DNA of 64,000 nucleotides from a virus (taxonomy: Duplodnaviria > Caudoviricetes): positions 1-64,000 of IMG/VR virus record IMGVR_UViG_3300028586_000001, one strand, 5' to 3'. The translations under genes were made by a program, and so were the position numbers. Positions 25,761-35,447 of this stretch are shown one piece after another (positions within the stretch are counted from its first letter, which is position 1; each line of letters opens with the position of its first letter). The notes under the pieces were generated by a model that made no database searches, was not told the origin of the DNA, and saw only the letters and a list, made by a program, of their open reading frames with translations.

Positions 25761-26788
25761 ACCTCGAAGACTGCCTCCGCAAACCTGTGGCCAGCGCCGT
25801 GAAGGACGCTATGGAGTGGCTTAACAACTTGCCCGGCCAGAGCATTCTAGCCACTCAGTCGATCAACAGTGTGACGGAAAAGGTCCTGCGCGCCGTCCGC
25901 TCCCACATCAAGGTCAACGCCCAGTTCCGCACCGTGTCGGACCACCTGACCGGCACCATGGCTGTCGATGTGGACCGCGTCGAATGGGAAGACGATGGCG
26001 AGCTGATGGTGTCCCTGAACTACTGGCCGAAACCGGATATTTCGTATGATCTCAACGTAGCGACCTACAGCCGGGACATGCACAAGACTGCGTATGACGC
26101 CTTGCTCGATGAACTCAAGTGGGTGCTGAAAGAGAAAGACGCCGGGACTCTGGAAATCAATCCGCTCGGTATGACACTTGCCGGTGCGGCCCGCAAGGTG
26201 GTCGAGCTGCTGCGCCAGCGTGTGAAAGAGCATGAAGTCCAGATCATGACGCAGTGCGCTGACCTGGACATCATCCGTGCCAAGTCGGACGTGGTTGTTT
26301 CCGATCTTGAAGCCGTCCGCTTCTGCATGAAGAAGCTGGAAGAAGGCGTCAAGCGGGCCGGGTTCGAGACCATCATCTACAGCGACGGCACGGTCAGCCT
26401 GAAGCGTGTTGGGCCGGTTCCGGTGGGGCCTGACCATGCCAAGGCACTCTCCGAAGTGGTGGACCTTACTGGCCGGTTGCAGCAAGCCGAGACCGAGAAC
26501 AACGAACTGACCCTGAAGCTGGCTGAAGCTGAAGGCAGGAACACGGAACTGAACACCCGGCTGGCAACTTGCGAGCGTCCGCTGTCGGTTGTTCCAGACA
26601 AGGTCATCGGCACCGAAATCGGCTGGACCCTTCGTGCTGAAGACGGGTCCTACCTCCGGGTCCGTAGCTCCGAGATGCCGTTGATCGTCGCTGAAGACGA
26701 AGAAACCGCCCAGGCCAACAACCCCAGCTTTGTCCCACGCCAGATCAAGGTCGTGGCCTTCGACATCACTCCGGACGACCTAAAATGA
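25757..26788 (+). CDS. Coiled-coil hypothetical protein
   Basis: 343 aa from ATG 25757 (ATGA overlap). Confidence 0.65.
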   Translation: MNLEDCLRKPVASAVKDAMEWLNNLPGQSILATQSINSVTEKVLRAVRSHIKVNAQFRTVSDHLTGTMAVDVDRVEWEDDGELMVSLNYWPKPDISYDLNVATYSRDMHKTAYDALLDELKWVLKEKDAGTLEINPLGMTLAGAARKVVELLRQRVKEHEVQIMTQCADLDIIRAKSDVVVSDLEAVRFCMKKLEEGVKRAGFETIIYSDGTVSLKRVGPVPVGPDHAKALSEVVDLTGRLQQAETENNELTLKLAEAEGRNTELNTRLATCERPLSVVPDKVIGTEIGWTLRAEDGSYLRVRSSEMPLIVAEDEETAQANNPSFVPRQIKVVAFDITPDDLK

Positions 26789-27339
26789 AACCTGAATATC
26801 AATGCCCTGACTGCAAGGGCCACACGTTCAACATCGACGTGATTGACAGCGCCATCGTGCGGTTCGAGTTCGACCAAGATCACACGGTGCTGCATGACGG
26901 CGATGGCAACCTCGAATGGGACGACAGCAGCAAGTGCTCCTGTGAAGGCTGCGGCAAGATGGGAACACTTGCCGACTTCAAGCAACACGTCCTGTACGTG
27001 ACCAGCGACACCGACGTTCCATCGGCCATCCGGGATTGCCACGGCGAAGTGGTCCTGGGCCTGTGCCGGAACTGTGGCCGGGGCGAGATCGAGCTGGAAG
27101 AACCCTGCACGCCGCGCCAACCGGCCACGACCCTGGACGACGTGTCGAAGGAGATCGCCAACAAGATTGCGGCTGATCGTGAAAACTTCCTCGCGGCCTG
27201 GATTGCCGAGACCGGCATGCAGCCGAGCGAAGCGGTTCTCGTTCATAGCGTGGATTACAAGACCGGCGAGAACAAGTGCTGGGTTGAATTGAAAACCAAC
27301 TACGAACGGAAAGCAGATGCCACTCCCGATCCTACCTGA
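26785..27339 (+). CDS. Multi-CxxC zinc-finger protein
   Basis: CPDC, CEGC, CRNC. Confidence 0.65.
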   Translation: MKPEYQCPDCKGHTFNIDVIDSAIVRFEFDQDHTVLHDGDGNLEWDDSSKCSCEGCGKMGTLADFKQHVLYVTSDTDVPSAIRDCHGEVVLGLCRNCGRGEIELEEPCTPRQPATTLDDVSKEIANKIAADRENFLAAWIAETGMQPSEAVLVHSVDYKTGENKCWVELKTNYERKADATPDPT

Positions 27340-27796
27340 CTGGAAACGCTGCGAAGACCTGTCGAACGTCCCTGAAATTCATGAGGCGTTCGGTGGCTTC
27401 TCCGAAGACCCTACCGCTGACAACGCCACCGGCGTGGTCCGGGCCATTGTCCACGAGATCGACAAGCAGCGCGGCACCGGCTACGGCCTGCGTGCTTTGC
27501 TGGCTACGGTGTACACCGGCCAGTCGTTTATCACGACTGACGGTGAGCTGATGGACACCCGTGATATTCCGCACATCGACTTCAAACGGAGTTCGTTGGA
27601 GGAGATCGCAAGGAAGATTCAGCAACGGGCGGTGAAACGCCGGATGCTGCTGGCCGACATGCCGTTCCCGGACGTCCCGGACGACCACCTTGCCTTCTCG
27701 TACCGGCAGTTGGTCAAGTCCCACAAGGCTGGACTGAAGGTTAATTTTGTCACTGGCCTCATCTCACTCCCACCACAACCGAAAGGAAAATCGTGA
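27317..27796 (+). CDS. Hypothetical early protein
   Basis: 159 aa, tiles. Confidence 0.6.
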   Translation: MPLPILPDWKRCEDLSNVPEIHEAFGGFSEDPTADNATGVVRAIVHEIDKQRGTGYGLRALLATVYTGQSFITTDGELMDTRDIPHIDFKRSSLEEIARKIQQRAVKRRMLLADMPFPDVPDDHLAFSYRQLVKSHKAGLKVNFVTGLISLPPQPKGKS

Positions 27797-28452
27797 AGAC
27801 CAACCCTGATGTACCCGACCTGTTCATGGGCGAATTCGCTACGTTCGCCAAGAACCACGGCGGCTTCTCGTTCGAGGAAGCCGGTCAAGACCTGATGACT
27901 GACGACGGCATCGCCCTGCCCACCTTCCGCTCCGGTCGCACCGAGGTGGCATGGCGGGCGTGGCATGCTGCTCTGGCGTATGCCCAGAAATCCCTGAAGG
28001 CACCGGCATCGGAAGAACGCCGCGAGATGTCCGAGCGCCCATCCGGGCCACTGTGGCGTGTTGCCCGGCGCCGCTCCCGCATGACCCCTGGGCTGGACGT
28101 GCTGACGCTTCATGTCGGGATCACCGACATCAACATCGCCAAGTCTGATCCAGACTTCATCGACTGGTCCGGGTCCTCCACCGGCCAGGTCGGCAACGTC
28201 CAGATCGAATGGAATCCGAGCGTGGCTGAAATCTTGGGCCGACCAAACTTCATGTGCGGCGGGTTTGCTTCCCGGATGCGCAGCGTTCTCGGCACCGAAA
28301 TCCCCACTAAAGCGGAAGCCGAGCAGGCCCGTGTGGTCCATCTGATGTTGAACCTGTACCTCAAACACGGCGTTAATGAGTGGGCCGAGGAGTTCAACAA
28401 GGTGCTGAAACTGGGCGAGTACGCCGACAAGCCCACCTTCGGCGGTATGTGA
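27793..28452 (+). CDS. Hypothetical early protein
   Basis: 219 aa, ILGRPNF.C...KAEAEQA pattern familiar from phage proteins. Confidence 0.65.
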   Translation: MKTNPDVPDLFMGEFATFAKNHGGFSFEEAGQDLMTDDGIALPTFRSGRTEVAWRAWHAALAYAQKSLKAPASEERREMSERPSGPLWRVARRRSRMTPGLDVLTLHVGITDINIAKSDPDFIDWSGSSTGQVGNVQIEWNPSVAEILGRPNFMCGGFASRMRSVLGTEIPTKAEAEQARVVHLMLNLYLKHGVNEWAEEFNKVLKLGEYADKPTFGGM

Positions 28453-28652
28453 TGATCACCTTCGTTTACTACCTGTCACGGGAAAGCGAAAACCTGATCG
28501 CGTTGCGCCAGACACGATTCAAGGCGCAACACCTTGCTGGTAAGTCTGATGAGCGCGACATCTGCGCGTTTGCTCGTGACACTGACGAGATGCGCACGAT
28601 GCTGGAGCATGTCAGGATCGATACCGACAACGTCGACTGGACTGAGCCATGA
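28452..28652 (+). CDS. Hypothetical protein
   Basis: 66 aa, TGATG coupling. Confidence 0.55.
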   Translation: MITFVYYLSRESENLIALRQTRFKAQHLAGKSDERDICAFARDTDEMRTMLEHVRIDTDNVDWTEP

Positions 28653-28873
28653 ACGGCCGGGCCGCACGCCGGATTCGTCGGGCATCGTGGCAGATCATCT
28701 TCGCTGAGGGCCGCACCGGAAACATTTCGGAGCAGCGCCGGGAGATCGAGAAGCGCCTGAAGCGTGAGTACCGGGCGCTGCCGTACCATCGCCGGGACCT
28801 CAGCCACTTCGGTCTGGTTTCGTTACCTCACGCTCTCCAGGAGCTGCGCTACGTCCTGCGAAGCAGCATCTGA
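28649..28873 (+). CDS. Small Arg-rich basic protein
   Basis: 74 aa, MNGRAARRIRR. Confidence 0.55.
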   Translation: MNGRAARRIRRASWQIIFAEGRTGNISEQRREIEKRLKREYRALPYHRRDLSHFGLVSLPHALQELRYVLRSSI

Positions 28874-28884
28874 CACCGCAAGCC

Positions 28885-28954
28885 AAAGCCCTGTTGATCA
28901 GGGCTTTACCGTGTAGTGTCTACACTGACTGTAGCCGACCTCGTGTCGGCTTTT
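28885..28954. other. Three consecutive intergenic hairpins
   Basis: AAAGCCCTG/CAGGGCTTT, GTGTAG/CTACAC, AGCCGAC/GTCGGCT plus TTT. Confidence 0.6.
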
Positions 28955-28975
28955 CCATATCCTCAAGGAGAATTC

Positions 28976-29359
28976 ATGACCGCCACCGCCCGTGTTGATT
29001 TACGGAAGATGACCCCAGGACAGCGCGCTGTCCACAACCGACAGCAGATGGAACGCAAAATCGTTTTCAAGGTGATCGAAGACCTCACGAAAGAGGGCTA
29101 CTACATGCGGGTGTTTGACGGCGAGGAGTTCGCCGGTCCCCGCAGCACTGACCACCGCGAGATCAAGAAGCACCTGTTCTCGACCGATGAGGACACGCTG
29201 TGCGTCTACCGGGGGCCGACTGAGCCTCAGTTCGGGTTCGTTTCTTTTGTCTACGGGAACAACGGTCACGACGTGATCCACGATTACGCCGTTCTGCTGG
29301 AAGAAGACCTCGGCGCGGCACAGGCTCTGGCTGACAGACTTGCTAAGGAGAGCATGTGA
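28976..29359 (+). CDS. Hypothetical early protein
   Basis: AAGGAG RBS before ATG 28976. Confidence 0.7.
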   Translation: MTATARVDLRKMTPGQRAVHNRQQMERKIVFKVIEDLTKEGYYMRVFDGEEFAGPRSTDHREIKKHLFSTDEDTLCVYRGPTEPQFGFVSFVYGNNGHDVIHDYAVLLEEDLGAAQALADRLAKESM

Positions 29360-29628
29360 TGCAGTGGGAAAAACTGAAAGAGGCGGTTGCCGAGTACGTC
29401 GACGCGCTGCCGGCTACCGAGTTCAACCAGATTCGTTGCAACGCTCAGGGTGCGAACCAGACCGTGACCGAGTACCTTGCCACCGTGGACATCCGGACCG
29501 TGTCGAACCTGCGTGAGCATGCCCGCCCTGCTTTTCCGAAGACGCTTCGGCGTGGCACGCTGTGGGCAGACTGCCGGGATTACGGGTGGGTGGTGGATAC
29601 CAAAGACCCTCGCAAGTGGAGCCGGTGA
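29356..29628 (+). CDS. Hypothetical protein
   Basis: 90 aa, AAGGAG RBS. Confidence 0.6.
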   Translation: MMQWEKLKEAVAEYVDALPATEFNQIRCNAQGANQTVTEYLATVDIRTVSNLREHARPAFPKTLRRGTLWADCRDYGWVVDTKDPRKWSR

Positions 29629-29873
29629 TGACCCTGACCGAAATCGTGAAAGCCACTGCGGCCCGGATGAAAGATGTTGCCGTGTATTTGGACCGTAACA
29701 TGGATAACGTCCTGATTTCCACTCCCGGCCAGGAAGACATCTACATGCAGGGTGACGACGCTGTTCAGTTCCTCACCGAGCTGGACGACCTGTACGAGAA
29801 GACAGGTGACTGCACCGAAGACGAATGCGCGCTGACGCTGGCCGCACCCTACGCCGAAAACCTTTGGAGCTGA
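29628..29873 (+). CDS. Small acidic hypothetical protein
   Basis: 81 aa, TGATG coupling. Confidence 0.6.
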   Translation: MTLTEIVKATAARMKDVAVYLDRNMDNVLISTPGQEDIYMQGDDAVQFLTELDDLYEKTGDCTEDECALTLAAPYAENLWS

Positions 29874-29875
29874 AA

Positions 29876-30478
29876 ATGATCCGACTTTCTGAAATGAATT
29901 CAAGCTGTGGCGCTCCGATGGGACGCCATGCCAAACACATGACCGGCCTGACCGATCCGCAGTTCTTCCTGGAGCGCGTCCCGATGGTGGACGGTGGGTA
30001 CGACTGCGGCGGGGCTTACTGGGGAAGCCCGGACAACCTGTGGTGTGCGGACTTCACCACGCCGCTCACCTCCACCACCATCGTTCACTACTTCATCCGG
30101 GCCAACAGCCGGGAGGAGGCAATGGTGGTTGTCCGCAAGGACTATCCGAGCGCCAAGTTCTTCCCCGCCACCGGCAGCGTCATCGCCCAGACCATCGAGC
30201 ATCTGGAGACCTACCTGGATGGCGAGCGTGATGCGGTTGATGAAGACGAACAGGAGAGGCTGGCCGATCTCGAAGATGAGATTGATGACTTCAAGTCGGA
30301 AGTGAACCAGATCACCAACGACTGGATGGACCACGTCAGCAATCTGGGCTTCGAGATCGTCAAGGACACCGACACCGACTCGTACCGCTTCCAGGGCAAG
30401 TTCGAGACCGTCGAGAGCGGTCTGTTCGACACCCCTGAAGAAGCGGCGATCTACATCATTCGTGAAAAGGAAATGTGA
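29876..30478 (+). CDS. Hypothetical protein with acidic C-terminus
   Basis: GAPMGR...GGYDCGGAYWG motif. Confidence 0.65.
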   Translation: MIRLSEMNSSCGAPMGRHAKHMTGLTDPQFFLERVPMVDGGYDCGGAYWGSPDNLWCADFTTPLTSTTIVHYFIRANSREEAMVVVRKDYPSAKFFPATGSVIAQTIEHLETYLDGERDAVDEDEQERLADLEDEIDDFKSEVNQITNDWMDHVSNLGFEIVKDTDTDSYRFQGKFETVESGLFDTPEEAAIYIIREKEM

Positions 30479-30822
30479 TGACAACCGAAATCGATTATGG
30501 CTCCAGAACGCTCACCATTCAAGACCTGAAGGACCGCATTGCATACCTGGAGGGCATCGACACTGATGAAGACCAGTGGAGAGAACTTGAAGCCCTCAAT
30601 GAGATCGACAATGATCTGCACTGGGCAGACGCCAGCGCCACTCTGGTCAACTACAACCACTGGGAAGGCTGGTGCCGGGAGTACGTTGTTGACCTTGGTG
30701 AAGTTCGTGAAGACAGTGCTGTCTTCGGGTTTATCAAGTGGGATGAACTGGCCTCTGCCATGGAGCAGGACTACAAGTCGTTCGACATGCCTGATGGCAC
30801 GACCTTCATGGTGAGGGCGTAA
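30475..30822 (+). CDS. Putative acidic DNA-mimic/antirestriction (ArdA-like) protein
   Basis: Very D/E-rich, C-terminal FIKWDELA..MEQDY...G.TF.VR resembles the ArdA-like IDWE..A.D..DY..G..Y..R pattern. Confidence 0.45.
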   Translation: MMTTEIDYGSRTLTIQDLKDRIAYLEGIDTDEDQWRELEALNEIDNDLHWADASATLVNYNHWEGWCREYVVDLGEVREDSAVFGFIKWDELASAMEQDYKSFDMPDGTTFMVRA

Positions 30823-30824
30823 TC

Positions 30825-31022
30825 ATGACCATCACCGAACGCAAAATCTTCGTCACCGAAGACGGCAAAGAACACCGAACAGTCCAGGCAGCACAAGAGT
30901 GGGAGATGGTGGTGAAGCTGACCCGAGAACTGGCTTCTGGAACGGTGCTGAACCACTCCGAGGCCGAGGAAACGGCCGTCTGGCTCCTCCGGAACTACAA
31001 CGTAACCCCGAAAGAAGGTTGA
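30825..31022 (+). CDS. Hypothetical protein
   Basis: 65 aa, tiles. Confidence 0.6.
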   Translation: MTITERKIFVTEDGKEHRTVQAAQEWEMVVKLTRELASGTVLNHSEAEETAVWLLRNYNVTPKEG

Positions 31023-31023
31023 C

Positions 31024-31476
31024 ATGGCCAAGAAAAACGAAACCACTGTCGAAAACATCCAGGCCAGGTTCCCACGGGACACCCGCTTCAGTGGCACCGA
31101 ACTTGCCTTCGTCCCCGAAGAAGGTCAGTACGGCGTAATCATGAGCGGCTACTACACGGCCTCAGAGCTGCGCGTGATCCTGGGCGATACCGTGGAGGCC
31201 AATCGCTGGTTTAACGCCATGGAGCGCGTTCTGGTGCGTCTGGAAGGCACTGGGCATGACCCGGCTGACCCTGCTACCCGCAACCGCAGCTTCTTGATCG
31301 AGGCTCCGACCTTTTCCCTGGTCGAAGACATCGTCTACGGCGTCCCCTACGAGGCGGTGTACATCGAGCGGGGCGTGGTGCTGGACAAGGTGGACTACAG
31401 GCTTCCCGCCGACACCCAGGCACTTTCGCAAAAGCTGTGGGAACTCAAGCAGGAGGAGCGTTATGCAAGTGTCTGA
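31024..31476 (+). CDS. Hypothetical protein
   Basis: 150 aa, GAAGGT RBS. Confidence 0.65.
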   Translation: MAKKNETTVENIQARFPRDTRFSGTELAFVPEEGQYGVIMSGYYTASELRVILGDTVEANRWFNAMERVLVRLEGTGHDPADPATRNRSFLIEAPTFSLVEDIVYGVPYEAVYIERGVVLDKVDYRLPADTQALSQKLWELKQEERYASV

Positions 31477-31678
31477 AGCCAAGCAACTGAAATATGGGCA
31501 GCAGGTGCACTGCCCTGCTGACCGGGGCGAACCAGCGTTCGTCGGCACCGTCACATCTGAGGGGTTGGACACTGCCCCCGTCCATAAGTACCCCGACCTC
31601 GAATTCATCTGGATCGAAGTGATGCGCCCTGGCCGTCACAAATCGGTCTGGCCGTCTAACCGGCTTGGAAAGGTCTGA
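31463..31678 (+). CDS. Small SH3-barrel-like hypothetical protein
   Basis: 71 aa, GGAGGAG RBS. Confidence 0.6.
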   Translation: MQVSEAKQLKYGQQVHCPADRGEPAFVGTVTSEGLDTAPVHKYPDLEFIWIEVMRPGRHKSVWPSNRLGKV

Positions 31679-31679
31679 C

Positions 31680-32033
31680 ATGCCGACACTTGCTGAGTAC
31701 GAGGCTCGTGGGATCGACATCACCCTCATGAGCCAGGAGCAGCTTGAGGCAGAAGGGTACATCACCCCGATGAACGAGCTGCCGGTGGTTGTTGACGGCC
31801 CAGGCGGCTACTACACCCGAAATGGCAGGTTTGTTCAGGTCACGGGGTTTCGTCCCCTGACTACCCTGTCTTCCACGGCCTTTACGGTTTACGGTTATGT
31901 CCATGTGATCAAGCCGACTAAGAAGGTCAAAACGAAGGGCCACTACTGGCACGTTTCAGGACGTTGCGATGTATCTCGTGAGAAGTCCTGGGATCTTGTA
32001 AGGAAAGGTGAAAAGCATGAGCCAACGTACTGA
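31680..32033 (+). CDS. Hypothetical protein
   Basis: 117 aa from ATG 31680. Confidence 0.6.
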   Translation: MPTLAEYEARGIDITLMSQEQLEAEGYITPMNELPVVVDGPGGYYTRNGRFVQVTGFRPLTTLSSTAFTVYGYVHVIKPTKKVKTKGHYWHVSGRCDVSREKSWDLVRKGEKHEPTY

Positions 32034-32466
32034 TGTGAAATACTCGAACCGCAAGATCGCGGTCAATAATGCAAGCTGGATCGGGCACGACGTGGACCAC
32101 GTCAAGCCCGGCTACTGGGTCTCGTTCCGGAACGTAGGCAACGACCACATCCACACAGGCCGCGCCGTCTGTGTGGTGGACACCTTGCCAGATTCCCCAG
32201 ACAAGCTCGTGGGCTGGATCGTGGTTGCAGTCATGAACCCTACCTGCGACATCGCCATGGAGCGTTGGGTTGACCCTGATTGGATCATCCGGTCGACCCC
32301 GCATGTTCCGGCCCGGATGCTGGAGTTCATGATGTCGGACTTCAGCGACCGGGCAACGGTCATCAAGCGCATGGACAACGGTTTCCCGACCGGCTTCGAC
32401 CACTACTACACCGAGCCACCGAAGCCTGACCCGCTGTGGGAGCCTGCCAAACAGATCAAGGTCTGA
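32017..32466 (+). CDS. Hypothetical protein
   Basis: 149 aa, AAAGGTG RBS. Confidence 0.6.
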   Translation: MSQRTDVKYSNRKIAVNNASWIGHDVDHVKPGYWVSFRNVGNDHIHTGRAVCVVDTLPDSPDKLVGWIVVAVMNPTCDIAMERWVDPDWIIRSTPHVPARMLEFMMSDFSDRATVIKRMDNGFPTGFDHYYTEPPKPDPLWEPAKQIKV

Positions 32467-32468
32467 CC

Positions 32469-32600
32469 ATGAAGCGCCGCAAAAACTACGACCCCACCAA
32501 GTCGAACGTCTGCTACATTCGGCGCCGCAAGCGGGGCCAGCGCAAGGCCCCGGCACCGGCAGAGTTCACGCCACCACCTACCAATCAAACGCCCCACTGA
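32469..32600 (+). CDS. 43-aa Arg/Lys-rich peptide
   Basis: Hand-translated MKRRKNYDPTKSNVCYIRRRKRGQRKAPAP..., fills the intergenic gap exactly. Confidence 0.4.
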   Translation: MKRRKNYDPTKSNVCYIRRRKRGQRKAPAPAEFTPPPTNQTPH

Positions 32601-32621
32601 GTGTAGGGCATAAGGAGCATC

Positions 32622-33329
32622 ATGACTGTCGTACAAATCAAAGAAGTCACCGTCAACCTCGAACAGAAGCTGTACGTCATCCCCTCTGGTGGTGGCTACT
32701 CCTGCTGGGGTTTCCAGAACTGTTTCGATGAAGTTACCCAACTGAGCCAGATGCTCGGCATCGGTCTGCCGACCGAAGGTCAGATCGGTTCGATGTATTT
32801 GTACCACCGGCACCGTGAGCTGCTGAACGAGGCCAACCAGAAGGGCCTCATGAATGCTACATGGTACAACCTGAATACGCCGCAGCGCGTCAAGGAAATC
32901 CTGGAAGCGGCCCGCATGTACGCCGATGGCCAGCGCCTGCGCCTGTTCTATGGTGAGACAAGTGAGTTGGAGCACGATATCGGCCGTGACTGGATGAGCG
33001 AGCACGACATGTGCGGCACGATTGGACGTAGCACGGGGATGATGAAGGTCCCGCTCCTGATTGCCAACAACGCCAGTCGTGGTGGCAGCGCGATCCTCAC
33101 CGACTGCATCGTCCGCATCATCGACACTGCCAGCAAGCGCGAGCTGTACCGGCACCCGCAGTACCACATGAAGCACCTGTTCAAGCGCCCGGTGACGGAT
33201 AAGGGAGCACTTGCTGAAGGGTACACCGACGAGGTGACTGCTGACGGCGAAGTCCATGCCCGGTTCAAGACGGCCAAGAAGGCTGAGGACTGGATCGCAT
33301 TCATGGAAGGCCGGAGGATGCGGACATGA
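32622..33329 (+). CDS. Conserved-looking phage protein
   Basis: 235 aa, AAGGAG RBS, IGRSTG..KVPLLI....RGG.AILTDCIVRI motif. Confidence 0.75.
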   Translation: MTVVQIKEVTVNLEQKLYVIPSGGGYSCWGFQNCFDEVTQLSQMLGIGLPTEGQIGSMYLYHRHRELLNEANQKGLMNATWYNLNTPQRVKEILEAARMYADGQRLRLFYGETSELEHDIGRDWMSEHDMCGTIGRSTGMMKVPLLIANNASRGGSAILTDCIVRIIDTASKRELYRHPQYHMKHLFKRPVTDKGALAEGYTDEVTADGEVHARFKTAKKAEDWIAFMEGRRMRT

Positions 33330-33574
33330 CCGTCACCGCCAACGATCTGTACCTGTTTGCGCTGACGACCGGCGAGCTGTACGACCGCTGCTGCGAGGTC
33401 GCCAAGCGACCCAGCGAGCGGCGCAGACTCTCCGGTTTCATAGCGATCATCAACACAGCCTGGACCATGTACAAGCGTGAAGTTGGTCCTTCCGTTATCA
33501 AATCCTCCGACAAGGTCGAAGCGGCTCGTCTGCTCATGATCGACCGTGTCGAACACATCAAGGAACTGCCATGA
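33326..33574 (+). CDS. Hypothetical protein
   Basis: 82 aa, ATGA coupling. Confidence 0.6.
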   Translation: MTVTANDLYLFALTTGELYDRCCEVAKRPSERRRLSGFIAIINTAWTMYKREVGPSVIKSSDKVEAARLLMIDRVEHIKELP

Positions 33575-33792
33575 AACTCCTCATCTCCATCGACACCGGC
33601 AACGCCGCCTTCAGCGACATGCTCACCGACCAGGACCGCAGCCGAAAAGAGGATCAAGCCGACGCCAAGCGCCGTGAGTGTGCCTTTGTGCTCAAGCAGG
33701 CTATCCAGAAGCTCGAAGCGGGCTACGAAAGCGGTTCGCTCCGGGACTCCAACGGCAACCACGTTGGCAACTATCGCTTCACGAAACGGTGA
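33571..33792 (+). CDS. Hypothetical protein
   Basis: 73 aa, I.TGNAAF...LRDSNGN.VG pattern. Confidence 0.65.
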   Translation: MKLLISIDTGNAAFSDMLTDQDRSRKEDQADAKRRECAFVLKQAIQKLEAGYESGSLRDSNGNHVGNYRFTKR

Positions 33793-33796
33793 CACC

Positions 33797-34573
33797 ATGG
33801 AAACCACTGACGAATTCATGGCGCGGTTCCGCGCCACCGGCCTGGACATGCTCACCGAGATGCGGCGCCGGGAGGTGCAGGAGCAAGGTGATCGGCGATG
33901 GGCGTGGGGTCCGGGTGTGACCAAGACCATGTTCGGCGGGCCATACGGACTGCACAACATCCCGAAGGGTAGTCTCGAAGAAGCCTTCGTGCTCGGCAGA
34001 CGCTGGGGCCACCGCCATGGCCCGGTGGTCTACAGCACGGACTGGTCCAACGGCGACCTGCGGGTTGTGCGTCACCTTGGTGACGGTGTTGAGATCGATG
34101 TGCATAAGTCGGCGGCTGTGGGATGGGCATCCCTCGACAACCTGTGTTTGAAATTATTCGATGCAGCAGGTCTCGACTTCAACACTTTTCCGGCCATCGA
34201 CATCGACTTCAGTCAAATCGAAAATCGGGTCATCTCCGCAGATTTTCCTGGTGGTTCTGTGGAGCATGTCAAAGACCTGCGTAGCGGCCTCTGTGACCCG
34301 GTGGTCATTGGCGGGAACCGGATCGGCAGAAGCAGCATGCTGAGCCAAGCCTACCAGCGGCAGGCCGCAGCGGTGCTGCTGGCAGCTTCAGCTTTCAACG
34401 ACATGGGTTCCCTGGCCCTGGAATGGAAGCCAGCGCCAACACCGCAGCCGATCCAGTACAAGACCTGGAGCAAGAACGATCCGGTCCGCTTCGGCAACAA
34501 CAAGGCGTGGAAGGTGGACCGCAGCACCAAGAAGAAACTTGCCAAGGCGTCCCGAAAGCGGAACCGCAAATGA
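33797..34573 (+). CDS. Hypothetical protein with basic C-terminus
   Basis: 258 aa from ATG 33797. Confidence 0.6.
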   Translation: METTDEFMARFRATGLDMLTEMRRREVQEQGDRRWAWGPGVTKTMFGGPYGLHNIPKGSLEEAFVLGRRWGHRHGPVVYSTDWSNGDLRVVRHLGDGVEIDVHKSAAVGWASLDNLCLKLFDAAGLDFNTFPAIDIDFSQIENRVISADFPGGSVEHVKDLRSGLCDPVVIGGNRIGRSSMLSQAYQRQAAAVLLAASAFNDMGSLALEWKPAPTPQPIQYKTWSKNDPVRFGNNKAWKVDRSTKKKLAKASRKRNRK

Positions 34574-34761
34574 TCAAGGCTGGCAAGGGTAGTCTGGATG
34601 TAACGGCCATGCGCCGCGAGCTGGCCGTGCATCACGTCGTCGTGGCGTGCACACGACCGGGCTGGAAGGCTCACCGAGAATCCGATGGCTTTACCGTGAC
34701 CGGCCGCAAGATGCGGCACGTCATCATGGAAGCCCACAACAAAATCACGAAGGGAAGTTGA
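34570..34761 (+). CDS. Hypothetical protein
   Basis: 63 aa, ATGA coupling. Confidence 0.5.
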   Translation: MIKAGKGSLDVTAMRRELAVHHVVVACTRPGWKAHRESDGFTVTGRKMRHVIMEAHNKITKGS

Positions 34762-34763
34762 GC

Positions 34764-35447
34764 ATGGACCTGTACAAAATTCTGGGCGTCGAACGCGATG
34801 CCACCTACGCAGCGATCAAGAAAGCCTACCGCAAACTGGCCCAGGTCAACCACCCAGATCGTGGTGGCGACAAGGAGAAGTTCCAGGCGATCCAGAAAGC
34901 CTACCATGTGCTGTCGGATATCGAGAGCCGGACCCGTTACGACGCCACCGGCCAGTATGACCAGATGGCCGAGAAGACCGAAGCGGACGCGATCAACGCC
35001 AGCGCCATGAACGCTCTGCGAAACCTTCTGTCCCACGTCATCCAGGAATCGGAATTCGTTGAGCACATCGACATCTTCAAGAGCTTGCGCAAGAAGGTGG
35101 TCGAGGTGATCGCTGAAGGTGACAAGGAGCTGGCTGACCTCCTGGAGCGCCGCCTGAAGCACGAGAAGGCCCAGAAGCGGATCAAGGCCAAGGCCGGCGG
35201 CGAGAACGTGGCCGCGCTGCTCCTCCAGGCGGTGATCGATCACATCAGCGGCCAGATCGCACAGTCCGAGCACAACAAGAAGATCGGCACCCGCCTGCTG
35301 GAGCTGGTCGATGGTCATGAGTACGAGGTGGATGAGCCGGACGAGGCCACCCGCTCGGAAATGGCACGCAAGAAAACTAAAGCTGCTGAAGACATGCTCG
35401 CAGCCATGCTGGGCGAGCACTTCGGCCGCAACTTCGGGAAACGATAA
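34764..35447 (+). CDS. J-domain (DnaJ-like) co-chaperone protein
   Basis: MDLYKILGV...[16 protein letters not shown]...[13 protein letters not shown]...R..YD with intact HPD motif. Confidence 0.9.
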   Translation: MDLYKILGVERDATYAAIKKAYRKLAQVNHPDRGGDKEKFQAIQKAYHVLSDIESRTRYDATGQYDQMAEKTEADAINASAMNALRNLLSHVIQESEFVEHIDIFKSLRKKVVEVIAEGDKELADLLERRLKHEKAQKRIKAKAGGENVAALLLQAVIDHISGQIAQSEHNKKIGTRLLELVDGHEYEVDEPDEATRSEMARKKTKAAEDMLAAMLGEHFGRNFGKR

